Virus record (IMG/VR): IMGVR_UViG_2851976983_000007
Direction: 5' to 3' (one strand)
Source of the DNA: a virus
Lineage: Duplodnaviria; Heunggongvirae; Uroviricota; Caudoviricetes
DNA length: 36,723 nucleotides
The translations under genes were made by a program, and so were the position numbers. This document shows positions 27,432 to 35,718 of the stretch, piece after piece (position 1 is the stretch's first letter; each line of letters starts with the position of its first letter). The notes beneath the pieces were generated by a model. It did no database searches. It was not told where the DNA came from and saw only the letters and a list, made by a program, of their open reading frames with translations.

Positions 27432-27743
27432 TTACTCAGGAAATAACGCCCGGATATTCCCAGCCATCTGGCTGGTTATCTTAGCCACTGGTGCAGACTG
27501 TGCTTCAAACTTTTTTGAGCTGATTTGTGTCACAGGTAACATCTCATCATCAGCCCATGCGGCCAGTCGGTAAGCCTCTGCCGGATTCGTCTTCAGAAGT
27601 GCCAGCCCGGCCAGAAAAGCCACGCGTTGGCCGCTTTTGCGGGCTTCTGGTGTAAGGCTGTCCAGCCAGGCGCATGCTTCTCCTTCGTTCTTGACGGCAG
27701 CTGGCTTCAGATAGAAACTTATCCGTCTGGTTGGTGTTGTCAT
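27432..27743 (-). CDS. parR: ParR-like centromere-binding protein (type II partition adaptor)
   Basis: ISFYLKPAAVKNEGEACAWLDSLTPEARKSGQRVAFLAGLALLKTNP parallels R1 ParR IAFKLNPDVNQTDKIVCDTLDSIPQGERSRLNRAALTAGLALYRQNP; AAGGAG SD; start 5 nt after the parM-like stop; track ORF extends to 27878. Confidence 0.75.
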   Translation of the reverse strand: MTTPTRRISFYLKPAAVKNEGEACAWLDSLTPEARKSGQRVAFLAGLALLKTNPAEAYRLAAWADDEMLPVTQISSKKFEAQSAPVAKITSQMAGNIRALFPE

Positions 27744-27747
27744 TGGT

Positions 27748-28707
27748 TTACTCCTTGTCCATTGCGTACAGCCCATTAACCAGAGCAAACTGTGGCACCC
27801 CGTCCGCGATGAAAGTCGCATTAACTCCGCAGGCTTCGCGGATAGCGGGTGCCACAATCTCCGCCCCGCCACCGACAACCATCACCCGCCCGTAACCCGA
27901 AAAACCCGCCAGCGCGCGGATCACGCGTTGTTTCAGTGTTTCTTCCTTTTCACGAATAACCGCCATCAGGCTGTCGTAATGCGCGTCATTGTGGATGTGC
28001 TGGCGCAGCCAGGCTTCATCATGGCGATGTTCGATAATGGTATTGGCGATGTGGTGACTGGTACGCATACCGTTAGTGGCCATCACCGACAGTACGGCAT
28101 CGGCCATCAGGGAAACGCCTACGTGTGGATCGCAAAACACCTGGCTGATACCTGCCAGTTGTCCCTGAACCTTTGCCACATCCAGCGTGGTTCCGCCTAA
28201 ATCCACAATCAGCAGGGATTCAAACGGACTCATGTCAGCCAGTGCTTTAAAGCCAGCCGGAATGGATTCAGGCATAACCCGTACGTTACGGATAGTGAAT
28301 GCTTCGCCGTTCTGGTACTCCACCGGGCGCATGACGTTCGCTTTTTTGCGGTTGATGTTGGCCATGTCCGGCTGTGCGTTTGTGTCGAAATATTCGCTCA
28401 GTGGCAGGGTGACAACCACATCCACTTCCTGTGGTGTGATGCCTGATTTGACCAGCGCGTGATGAATGGCAATGACATTCACATCGCTGTACTGGTATTG
28501 CGTGTCGGTCGTCTGGACAAAGCGATCGCTGACCGGATCAAAACCATAGCGCACGCCATCAAGCATGTAGTTCGCGGGCTGCGTGCCACCGAACGGCGCA
28601 GACCATTCCGACTTGAAGCTGTTCGGGCTGATGGCGTTGCGGCGTTCGCCGTTCTCAGTCCATGCCAGCTTGATGTTGGTGGAGCCGTCATCGATACAAA
28701 TTTTCAT
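27748..28707 (-). CDS. parM: ParM/StbA-like actin-family ATPase (type II partition NTPase)
   Basis: MKICIDDGSTNIKLAW...YSDVNVIAIHHAL...VMPESIPAGF...LLIVDLGGTTLDV...GYGRVMVVGGGAE matches R1 ParM along its length. Confidence 0.9.
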   Translation of the reverse strand: MKICIDDGSTNIKLAWTENGERRNAISPNSFKSEWSAPFGGTQPANYMLDGVRYGFDPVSDRFVQTTDTQYQYSDVNVIAIHHALVKSGITPQEVDVVVTLPLSEYFDTNAQPDMANINRKKANVMRPVEYQNGEAFTIRNVRVMPESIPAGFKALADMSPFESLLIVDLGGTTLDVAKVQGQLAGISQVFCDPHVGVSLMADAVLSVMATNGMRTSHHIANTIIEHRHDEAWLRQHIHNDAHYDSLMAVIREKEETLKQRVIRALAGFSGYGRVMVVGGGAEIVAPAIREACGVNATFIADGVPQFALVNGLYAMDKE

Positions 28708-28736
28708 GTCGCTTTTCCTTATGTTGATTAATTAAT

Positions 28737-28850
28737 CGCTTACGGGATTCTGAAATCCCGTTTTTGCCTGTTTTATGCGCGCTTCATATATCGCGGCGCG
28801 TTTTTTGCTCATTTACGGGATTTGTGAATCCCGTTTCTGTCTGTTTTTTG
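28737..28850. promoter_or_regulatory. Two direct copies (about 73 bp apart) of a 20-bp palindrome ACGGGATT-N4-AATCCCGT each followed by a T-rich tract, upstream of the parM-like gene; candidate parC-like centromere/operator
   Basis: Seen in sequence at about 28742-28761 and 28815-28834; architecture resembles ParR sites flanking the par promoter. Confidence 0.5.
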
Positions 28851-28987
28851 TTTCCACTGGTCAGGCCACCCCGCAGCAGGTCTGCTTTGCGGCGGGCGCG
28901 TTCAGTGGTTTCACTGATTCTCTGTGCGTGCTCTGCGTCGCGGATGGCGCGCAGCATGTCAGAAAGCACGGTAACGGGTGTTTTCAT
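28784..28987 (-). CDS. Hypothetical small protein (67 aa) between A and the par module; its 3' end overlaps the palindromic repeats
   Basis: ORF only; weak SD. Confidence 0.3.
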   Translation of the reverse strand: MKTPVTVLSDMLRAIRDAEHAQRISETTERARRKADLLRGGLTSGNKKQTETGFTNPVNEQKTRRDI

Positions 28988-29185
28988 GGTGTTCTGGTCC
29001 TGCTGAAGTGTGGATGCCAGGCGTGCGGCGGCTTCGGGGTCTGATGCCCCCAGCTGTTCCAGATAGCTGGCGACCGGGTTATGGCGGATCTCCGTGCTGC
29101 TTACGCCGTGGTTACGGCTCAGGCGCTGCCAGAGCTGCGTGATCCGGCTGTCCGGTCGGGTATCCGGTTTGCGTACAATTTCAAA

Positions 29186-31606
29186 TCACTGCGGTGCAAT
29201 GATGCTGCCGTCGACGTACAGACTGCCGCCCCGTAACAGGTGCTGCATCTGCTGTTCACCGATATGCAGGCCGAGAGATTCAGCAGACTCCCGCCATTCT
29301 TTAGCGAGTAACTCGTGGTTATCAGGCAAAGGCCGTGGCTGTTTGCGGCTCTGTGTCCAGTTCTGCATTTCATCACTGCTGTTTTTTGCCTGTTTGTCAC
29401 GCAGCGAACGCATCAGCGCCCGGCGTTCGTGCCGTTTCAGTGAGCGCATCCATTCATTCACGTCAACGCCGTCAGGAAGCTGCGGCCACGGTGCTGGCCG
29501 TTCTTCCGGCTGTTCTGTCCCGTTGTTGTCCGTTTCCTGTACACGGGGACAGTTATTGCCACGAGTCCAAGGGGCGGCAGGGCCGCCCTGAAGGTCAAAA
29601 CCATTTTCGCGGGCGCTGTCTTCCGCTTCCGGTTTACGTCTTACCAGCTTCCAGTTATCCGGATGTGTGCACACACGGGAAGACTCCCCGATGAGCGGTG
29701 ACCAGATCCCGTAAATCTGTACGCTCTGTTCGCCGTAATCGTTCAGCTCATCTGCGAGGTCGTAGGCGGTGCGAATCAGGTAGTCTTTGCGTGGAACAAG
29801 TACGCCGCCCTGTTTTTCAATGTAGGAGGCAAAACACCCGGCATCAGCGGCAGCGAGCACTGCATCCATTGCGTCATCCTTCAGTCGTTGCGGGCCTTCC
29901 GGGTTGCGTGCCATCTGGCTGGCAAGGCGGCGCAGTTCACGCCACACCTGACGGGAGGGGATGCCAAAGAACTGGAACTGGCGGACCCGGTGAAGGCGCG
30001 CCCAGCCGATGGCGCGCTCCACGCTCTCGGCCATTGATTTTCCGGTTTCGTGGTCAACGCGTGGCTTGCCCGTTTTCGGGTCGATACCATCCACGGCGCG
30101 GCTGTCCAGGTTCTTTCCGATGTAGGTGGCGATGTAGCTGGTTGGCGTGCCTTTTGAGCCGTCGACGTACTCCGCCTTAAAACGCGGAGTTATGTCATCG
30201 CCCAGCTCGTGGCGGTCTTCCTGAATGGCAATATCGCAGACGTGGGACACGATGGTTTCAATCTCGTCCGGATGTGCAAAGACCATCATATGCCAGTGCA
30301 CAGTGCCGTCATGGTGAGGCTCCACCGTGCGGATGCCATACCAGCGAAGACCGTCGCGGTTCAGTTTTTTGCGGACCGCCGCAAAAAACGTGTTAACCAG
30401 GTAATCGCTGGAGTCGCGCATGGTGGCCCCGTTCCATTTGGGATTCGGATGACCGTTCTCTGTTGTGGCGTGGTATTTTGACGGGCAGGTGACAGTCAGA
30501 AACACCGCTCTGTCGCCACGGGCTTCGGCCAGAAGTTCCAGTCCCTTCATGGTGGCCATCATTTCTGCCTTACGGTGAACCGGGTTACTTACTCCCGCGT
30601 AATACACCGTCTCGAGATCAATCGTGAACCCGTCTTCATTTTCCAGCATGAAACTTTTCAGGAAATCGCGTGTTTTCTCGCGCTGTGCGCGAAACTCGCT
30701 TAACGCGTCCTGGCTCAGATAGGGTGATGTTTTTCTGGAAACCAGACAGGCGGCGCGGAGTTGTTCTTCTCTCCACTCGCAACGTAACAGCCACAGTTTG
30801 CGTTTCCACCATTCCGCACAGGTCAGGCGAAGGATTGCGCCCGGCAGCAGCTCCGTGTCCGGTTCGTTCCTCCGGTCTTTGTCTGTTGTCAGTGCGTCAT
30901 AATGTGGAGGCATGGCGTGCAGGTGTAACGCCATGCGGGCCAGCATCTGATACGCCTTCAGCGTTACATCCATGGTCAGTTCGCCATCAGTAGCGCCAAA
31001 GCCATCGCAGAGTTTTTCGAAGGTGCTGCTGAACATCGCCGCCGTCATGGTGGCCAGCGTCTGTATCTGGTGTTTGTTGAGCTGCGGCAGGTAAAGCAAA
31101 TCGTCCAGGCGTTCGCGTCCGGCAAGGGAGCGATAACCCGGTGTCAGCCAGCGGTGATCGGTGCGGTCCAGACGTTCGAATATTTTGCACAGGGTTCCGC
31201 GCGCGTAGCGTTCCGCCTGCCAGCTCTTTTTGCCTTTCTGACGATCGGCTTCCTGCTTCTTGCGCAGGAAGGAGAGGTGGCGAATAAGCGGATCGCGCAG
31301 ATAGGACGGCAGCAGGCGCAGCGAGGCCATGGCTTCATCCACCGCGCCGCGTGCCTGTTTTCTGGCGTCTCCTGCCAGTGTGATGGTTTTGTCCTGTTTT
31401 TCCTGTGCGTCCAGGCTTTTATTAATCAGGTTGCCCAGCGGCGTGGCGGAGAACGCCGCATCAGCCATTTCCTGGCGGCGCTCGTTCTCTACCCGGTAGG
31501 CATCCAGCCAGGAGGAAAGCGCGGATTCAGGAGCGGAGATCCCCGTTCCTTCACGCCCCACTGCGTGGCGCGGTTGTTGCCAGTCCCTGATGTACTCTGC
31601 CGTCAT
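29186..31606 (-). CDS. A: Replication initiation protein A (rolling-circle endonuclease)
   Basis: 806 aa; ...[24 protein letters not shown]... parallels P2 gpA ...[22 protein letters not shown]... Confidence 0.9.
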   Translation of the reverse strand: [806 protein letters not shown]

Positions 31607-31612
31607 AGTGAT

Positions 31613-31978
31613 TTACTTCGTCATGCCATTCAGGGTGTCGCGGCAGACTGTAGCCAGCCGCTGAATTTCCAGCACGGTGTCTTCTGTGTCGGCATGGCGA
31701 TGTGTGATGCGGATGCTGTCGGCAATCACATCGACGATTGCAGAGGATGGGCGCTGGTAAATGCCAATAACGGACGGGGTGCCACCTTCAATGCGGTAAA
31801 GCCTGTAATTTCCCTCGTGGCTGTCAATCATGTAGCGACCATCAATAACAATCTTTCCGTCAGCGAGCTGCGGTACAGGCAGGGATTTCAGGTACATGTC
31901 ATAACGATCACGCACGCGAGCGGCAAGATCACGCTCTGTGTTGAGCAGGTATTCAAGAAAGTCGTTGGCGAGAATCAT
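31613..31978 (-). CDS. Hypothetical early protein (121 aa)
   Basis: ORF just upstream of A, overlapping its start; P2 orf80-83-like position. Confidence 0.55.
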   Translation of the reverse strand: MILANDFLEYLLNTERDLAARVRDRYDMYLKSLPVPQLADGKIVIDGRYMIDSHEGNYRLYRIEGGTPSVIGIYQRPSSAIVDVIADSIRITHRHADTEDTVLEIQRLATVCRDTLNGMTK

Positions 31979-32050
31979 TGCGGCAATCCTCTTGTTACAG
32001 ATGTGCGAAGGCCTCCCGCCGCAAGGTGCAGGAAAGGCCCGGAACAGGAA

Positions 32051-32281
32051 TTAATGGAGTTTGTTTTGCTGCTGGATGAGCTGTTGAAGCTCGTGCAGAT
32101 CATCCGCCAGATAGCTGAAAACAGAGGCGGAATAAATGTTTGATAGTGCGTGGCTGCGCTCATGCAACATATTGATGTGCATGATTTGCGCGACGCGTGA
32201 TGCGCGGGAAAGTCTGCGGTTGATTTCAGTCTGGATGTGACGACGCTCCGCGATAGCGCGGTGTGGTTTGCGGTTTGCCAT
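32051..32281 (-). CDS. Hypothetical early protein (76 aa, helical)
   Basis: ORF in early operon; the overlapping 205-aa ORF in another frame looks spurious. Confidence 0.45.
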   Translation of the reverse strand: MANRKPHRAIAERRHIQTEINRRLSRASRVAQIMHINMLHERSHALSNIYSASVFSYLADDLHELQQLIQQQNKLH

Positions 32282-32603
32282 GGTGTGGCCCCTTGTGTAG
32301 TAAGTTGTGAAAACTCACCATCCAGAGCTGCGAAACTGTGGGTGGCGAGACGTACGAGGTTCGCAGTACCGGCTACACAAGAACCCGGCCCGACCGAAGT
32401 CGGCCCCGTACGCCCCGCCATAATTCTGACGCGAAAAAAACGTGGCAATACAGTACGCACAAAAAAACCGCTGGCGCGGTTGTGCGCTTGTGTAGTCAGC
32501 AGGCTGCGAAACCCGGCACCCGTTTTGTGAGGTGCAGCGGAAATGTAACCTGACTGATTGCGGCATGGCAAGCGGTTTTTTTGTGTGTGCATGTTCTGGT
32601 TTC

Positions 32604-32903
32604 TTAGTGGTTCAGAAAAAAATCAAAAACCTTGTCAATGCGTTGCAGCAGCTCTTGCTGTATTGCTTTCGGCGTTTCCGGTTCGCCTGGCGCCTCCAAC
32701 GTCGCGCAGAAATCCTCGATTTCATGACGGAGCGTCAGGCGAATGGCGAGAGGTGTGGTTCTGGCGTGCTCCAGCTCATCCAGCAGCGCCAGCACAGCAG
32801 ACGGCGAGAGCATTGCGCGAAACGCCAGTAATTTTTGAGGCGTTGCCATTCGTTGCAGGTCAGTCGCCAGTTCGCGTAATTCCTGGTGGTTGATGGCGCT
32901 CAT
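32604..32903 (-). CDS. Hypothetical early protein (99 aa)
   Basis: ORF; stop/start overlap with the next gene. Confidence 0.5.
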   Translation of the reverse strand: MSAINHQELRELATDLQRMATPQKLLAFRAMLSPSAVLALLDELEHARTTPLAIRLTLRHEIEDFCATLEAPGEPETPKAIQQELLQRIDKVFDFFLNH

Positions 32904-33145
32904 GCTCTGGCTTCCTTCAGTAGCTGGTTAAACGTGTTGGTAAGTGGATTGCCGCACCCGAACGGCATCGGGTTTATCTGGTAAGAAAAGCGACCGCCTG
33001 TTTTGCGCTCTTTTCTTATGACTGAACCGCTGCGCCAGAGTCGGCGTAACTCCGCATTAATGGCTGTGGTTGGGGTATTCAGTGCTGCGGCGATTTCTCC
33101 ACCGCTACACCCCGGATTGGCGGCGATATAGTCCAGAATGGTCAT
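32900..33145 (-). CDS. Putative winged-helix DNA-binding protein (81 aa)
   Basis: MTILDYIAANPGCSGGEIAAALNTPTTAINAELRRLWRSGSVIRKER has helix-turn-helix character. Confidence 0.5.
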   Translation of the reverse strand: MTILDYIAANPGCSGGEIAAALNTPTTAINAELRRLWRSGSVIRKERKTGGRFSYQINPMPFGCGNPLTNTFNQLLKEARA

Positions 33146-33345
33146 CTGCGTGACTCCTGTACCTGTCGGATAAGGTTCACCCGCACCACATTCGTGGCGC
33201 AGAAGTAAGTGCCGTCAGTGAGATAGATGTGATGTGCATCCTTTTCTGAACGGTGTTTGTCGATTGTGGTAATCAGGCGTTCGTCGACTTCGTATTCACG
33301 CCCTCTGGAGGTAAAACGAACGACAGGAAAATGCTTAATTGCCAT
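33142..33345 (-). CDS. Hypothetical early protein (67 aa)
   Basis: ORF; GGAGG SD upstream. Confidence 0.5.
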   Translation of the reverse strand: MAIKHFPVVRFTSRGREYEVDERLITTIDKHRSEKDAHHIYLTDGTYFCATNVVRVNLIRQVQESRR

Positions 33346-33541
33346 TACGCCTCCTTGGCGTGTGCGAATACCTCCGCGAATGCGGATTGTTTTTACATTT
33401 TCTTATTTAATCTGTGGTTTTATTTGCTCTGTTATTCGCCAGTGAAAAAGCGTTCAATCTTTTTTATTGAATGAATAATTCGCATAATCCCAATAGCGCA
33501 GGCCACCGAAATAATCAGAACAAGCCATGAGATAAATATAC

Positions 33542-33784
33542 TCATGCGATATTCCCCAGCTCATACGGTTCAATATGTTCCCCGCATTCTGCGGCACAGA
33601 TCAGCTCGGAAAGTTCGTTAAGTGCATCCAGATCATCAGCGTAAAAAGCCACGTCATACAGACTTCGGATTGCTCTGGTCAATGAGTCACGGGCCGCACG
33701 TTCAGCATGAGCGCCTGATGCACTTAAGCGAAAATAAAAGCGCTCAAGTGCTTTGTTAATGAGAGTTTTATATTCTTTGCCCAT
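33542..33784 (-). CDS. Hypothetical early protein (80 aa)
   Basis: ORF only. Confidence 0.45.
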   Translation of the reverse strand: MGKEYKTLINKALERFYFRLSASGAHAERAARDSLTRAIRSLYDVAFYADDLDALNELSELICAAECGEHIEPYELGNIA

Positions 33785-33795
33785 CGCAACGCCCT

Positions 33796-34083
33796 TTAAT
33801 CTGCTTTCTGAATTTCAGTTTCTGAATCCATACAGATAATTTCGATATAGGGTTTATCGCCATTAACCTGACGAGCCTTTTCAGCTTCGCTAATGATTTC
33901 GCGTACGGTCTGGTACGGAAGTTCCACGATCAGTCGCGTGCCGTTCAGATAAACGTAAGTGGCTTCGGCGGCTCCGTTTTTCCCCGCCGGAGCCACTCCA
34001 TCAATAGCGGATGCGCGTAATAACAGTTCACCGCGAAAATCAATAAAGCGGATAAATACACCTTGAGTATGGTCTTTAGTCAT
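33796..34083 (-). CDS. Hypothetical early protein (95 aa)
   Basis: Start at MTKDHTQGV with AGGTG SD; track ORF extends to 34143. Confidence 0.5.
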   Translation of the reverse strand: MTKDHTQGVFIRFIDFRGELLLRASAIDGVAPAGKNGAAEATYVYLNGTRLIVELPYQTVREIISEAEKARQVNGDKPYIEIICMDSETEIQKAD

Positions 34084-34093
34084 AAAGCACCTG

Positions 34094-34435
34094 TTATAAA
34101 TCAGCCTGTTTAATAAAACTCTGTCCACGCAGCAGACGATCAACCGTGCGAAGCGCTTCGTATAATGTGAAATCCTGCCCGAACTGATTGTCGCCGCTGC
34201 TCAGAGCAAAAATGCGGTTTCCGGTAAACGGATTGCGCGGGCATTTGTGGACCACGATTCCAGCTTTCTCAATCAGCCAGGCATGCTCGCCGATTTGTTT
34301 TACTGGGTAGCCATCCGGCGTTGCGTGTGTATCACTCAGGCTGTAGCGGATGTTGCTGCGTGATGCACTGGTAGCAAAACGGTTAGCGTGGCGTTCTGCA
34401 CCATTGCGAAAGCGTGAATTACGTTGCTGTTTCAT
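34094..34435 (-). CDS. Hypothetical early protein (113 aa)
   Basis: ORF only. Confidence 0.5.
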   Translation of the reverse strand: MKQQRNSRFRNGAERHANRFATSASRSNIRYSLSDTHATPDGYPVKQIGEHAWLIEKAGIVVHKCPRNPFTGNRIFALSSGDNQFGQDFTLYEALRTVDRLLRGQSFIKQADL

Positions 34436-34436
34436 G

Positions 34437-34544
34437 TTAAAGACTCTGTACAGATTTAATTATTCCGGCATAGAGGCCGAACTCAAAATATTTGCGATTA
34501 AATCGCATCGCATTGTTTTCACGTTTTGCGGACTGCTGGTTCAT
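34437..34544 (-). CDS. Small ORF (about 35 aa, MNQQSAKRENNAMRFNRKYFEFGLYAGIIKSVQSL) translationally coupled to the next gene
   Basis: Strong SD GGAGGCAAACGAAA before ATG; stop 1 nt before the next ATG; below the ORF-track cutoff. Confidence 0.35.
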   Translation of the reverse strand: MNQQSAKRENNAMRFNRKYFEFGLYAGIIKSVQSL

Positions 34545-34687
34545 TTTCGTTTGCCTCCGCACATGAGAATTGCGCCGCTTAAGAGGTAACCGAAGTTAAT
34601 TGATAGTATTACAATTAACATAAGGTCCAATTTGTCCATGCCACACATAATTACCCTCATTGCAGTAGTTGTGGGTTGTCAGGTTTC

Positions 34688-34894
34688 TCACCCGATAAAC
34701 CAGATAACAAACGCTATCAACATCGCCCCAATAGCTGCCGGGAAAAGTCCTTTGGTATAAGCGGCGATATATTCAATGCTGAGTTCAATAAAGCGTTCTT
34801 TATGTCCCGTTAACTTGCGAAACAAATAGATCTCTATTACGCCTATCTCAATAAAAACAAGGGTCAGAATGGCGCTGATGATATGGCTGGTCAT
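34688..34894 (-). CDS. Small membrane protein (68 aa, two TM helices)
   Basis: Hydrophobic segments ISAILTLVFIEIGVI and AAIGAMLIAFVIWFIG. Confidence 0.45.
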   Translation of the reverse strand: MTSHIISAILTLVFIEIGVIEIYLFRKLTGHKERFIELSIEYIAAYTKGLFPAAIGAMLIAFVIWFIG

Positions 34895-34900
34895 TTATGA

Positions 34901-35188
34901 CTAAAGTCCTAGCCACAACAACCATGCGTCGCGGCGTTCTTTCGGTTGCTCAAAAAACGCTTTGCGCATGCCTTCGTTAAATGCTGGCAGATATACCCAG
35001 TTTTCTGATGCACGCGTCTTTACTGAACCTGGTTTCACAAAGTCAATTGTTGGTAGCTTTGCTGCGTCAATCATGGTTCTGACTGTGGATTCCTTGCGGC
35101 CGATCATCTTGGCGAATAGTTGATATGGCACCGCTTCAAGTGGATATGGTGCTACCTGAATGAACCCCCCAAGCTCTGATTCGCTCAT
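34901..35188 (-). CDS. cox: Cox-like excisionase / early-promoter regulator
   Basis: ...VPYQLFAKMIGRKESTVRTMIDAAKLPTIDF...ENWVYLPAFNEGMRKAF...RDAWLLWLGL parallels P2 Cox ...IPYQEFAKLIG...RRMIDKGKLPVID...EYWVYLPAWNNG...RDGWLMWLGL. Confidence 0.8.
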   Translation of the reverse strand: MSESELGGFIQVAPYPLEAVPYQLFAKMIGRKESTVRTMIDAAKLPTIDFVKPGSVKTRASENWVYLPAFNEGMRKAFFEQPKERRDAWLLWLGL

Positions 35189-35262
35189 TGTGGTAATCTC
35201 CCTAATTCGTTCGAATGGCTCAAAATGGCTTATATCGGCTTATTTGAGTGTTTTTATGTTTG

Positions 35263-35308
35263 TGCCCGATGTGGCATGTTGTGATGGGGGATATGCCCGA
35301 TATGGCAT
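35263..35308. promoter_or_regulatory. Two direct repeats TGCCCGAT(G/A)TGGCAT, 31 bp centre to centre, in the cox/C divergent region; candidate C-repressor operators
   Basis: Seen in sequence; P2 C binds direct repeats at the early promoter. Confidence 0.45.
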
Positions 35309-35622
35309 CTTTGTCAAGCATGGGTGAAAAATTTCGCCTGATTCGTGAAGCAGAAGGTATGACCCGCCAGGAGTTTGCGGATTGTGTTGGGCTGCCTTAT
35401 GGGACGGTAACTAACTATGAGGTGAGGGGGAAGCAAGTAACAGAGGGTGCCTTACTTAAGGTTACGAAACACCCTAAATTTAAGAAGTATGCTTATTGGT
35501 TATCAACAGATGAAACGATGCCGGAGGTCGGGCAAATTTCTCCGGCTCTCTCTCTTGATGGTTCCTGCAATTCGGAGGGAGATCGCGTTTCAACCGAAAC
35601 AATCCAAAAATTATCCCGCTGA
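35302..35622 (+). CDS. C: Immunity repressor C (HTH)
   Basis: ...QEFADCVGLPYGTVTNYEVRGK...KHPKFKKYAYWLSTDETMPEVGQISPAL parallels P2 C ...QQLADLTGVPYGTLSYYESGRS...QTPQFTKYTLWFMTNQIAPESGQIAPAL; start uncertain (35284, 35302 or 35320). Confidence 0.7.
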   Translation: MASLSSMGEKFRLIREAEGMTRQEFADCVGLPYGTVTNYEVRGKQVTEGALLKVTKHPKFKKYAYWLSTDETMPEVGQISPALSLDGSCNSEGDRVSTETIQKLSR

Positions 35623-35718
35623 GGCCAGAAAACTGGTTAGACCTGCTTTTTGTCTGGTCTGATTATTGCTGGAAAGAGGCTGGAGAAATTGTAGAGCGGT
35701 TCATTGGAGGGCTTCGTA

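Noticed and set aside
31070-32143. 357-aa plus-strand ORF spanning the A start and two early genes
   Set aside because: Antisense to well-supported minus-strand genes; composition not protein-like
31975-32592. 205-aa minus-strand ORF overlapping the 76-aa early gene and the noncoding gap
   Set aside because: Ser/Thr/Cys-rich and low-complexity; the shorter helical ORF in the other frame is more plausible
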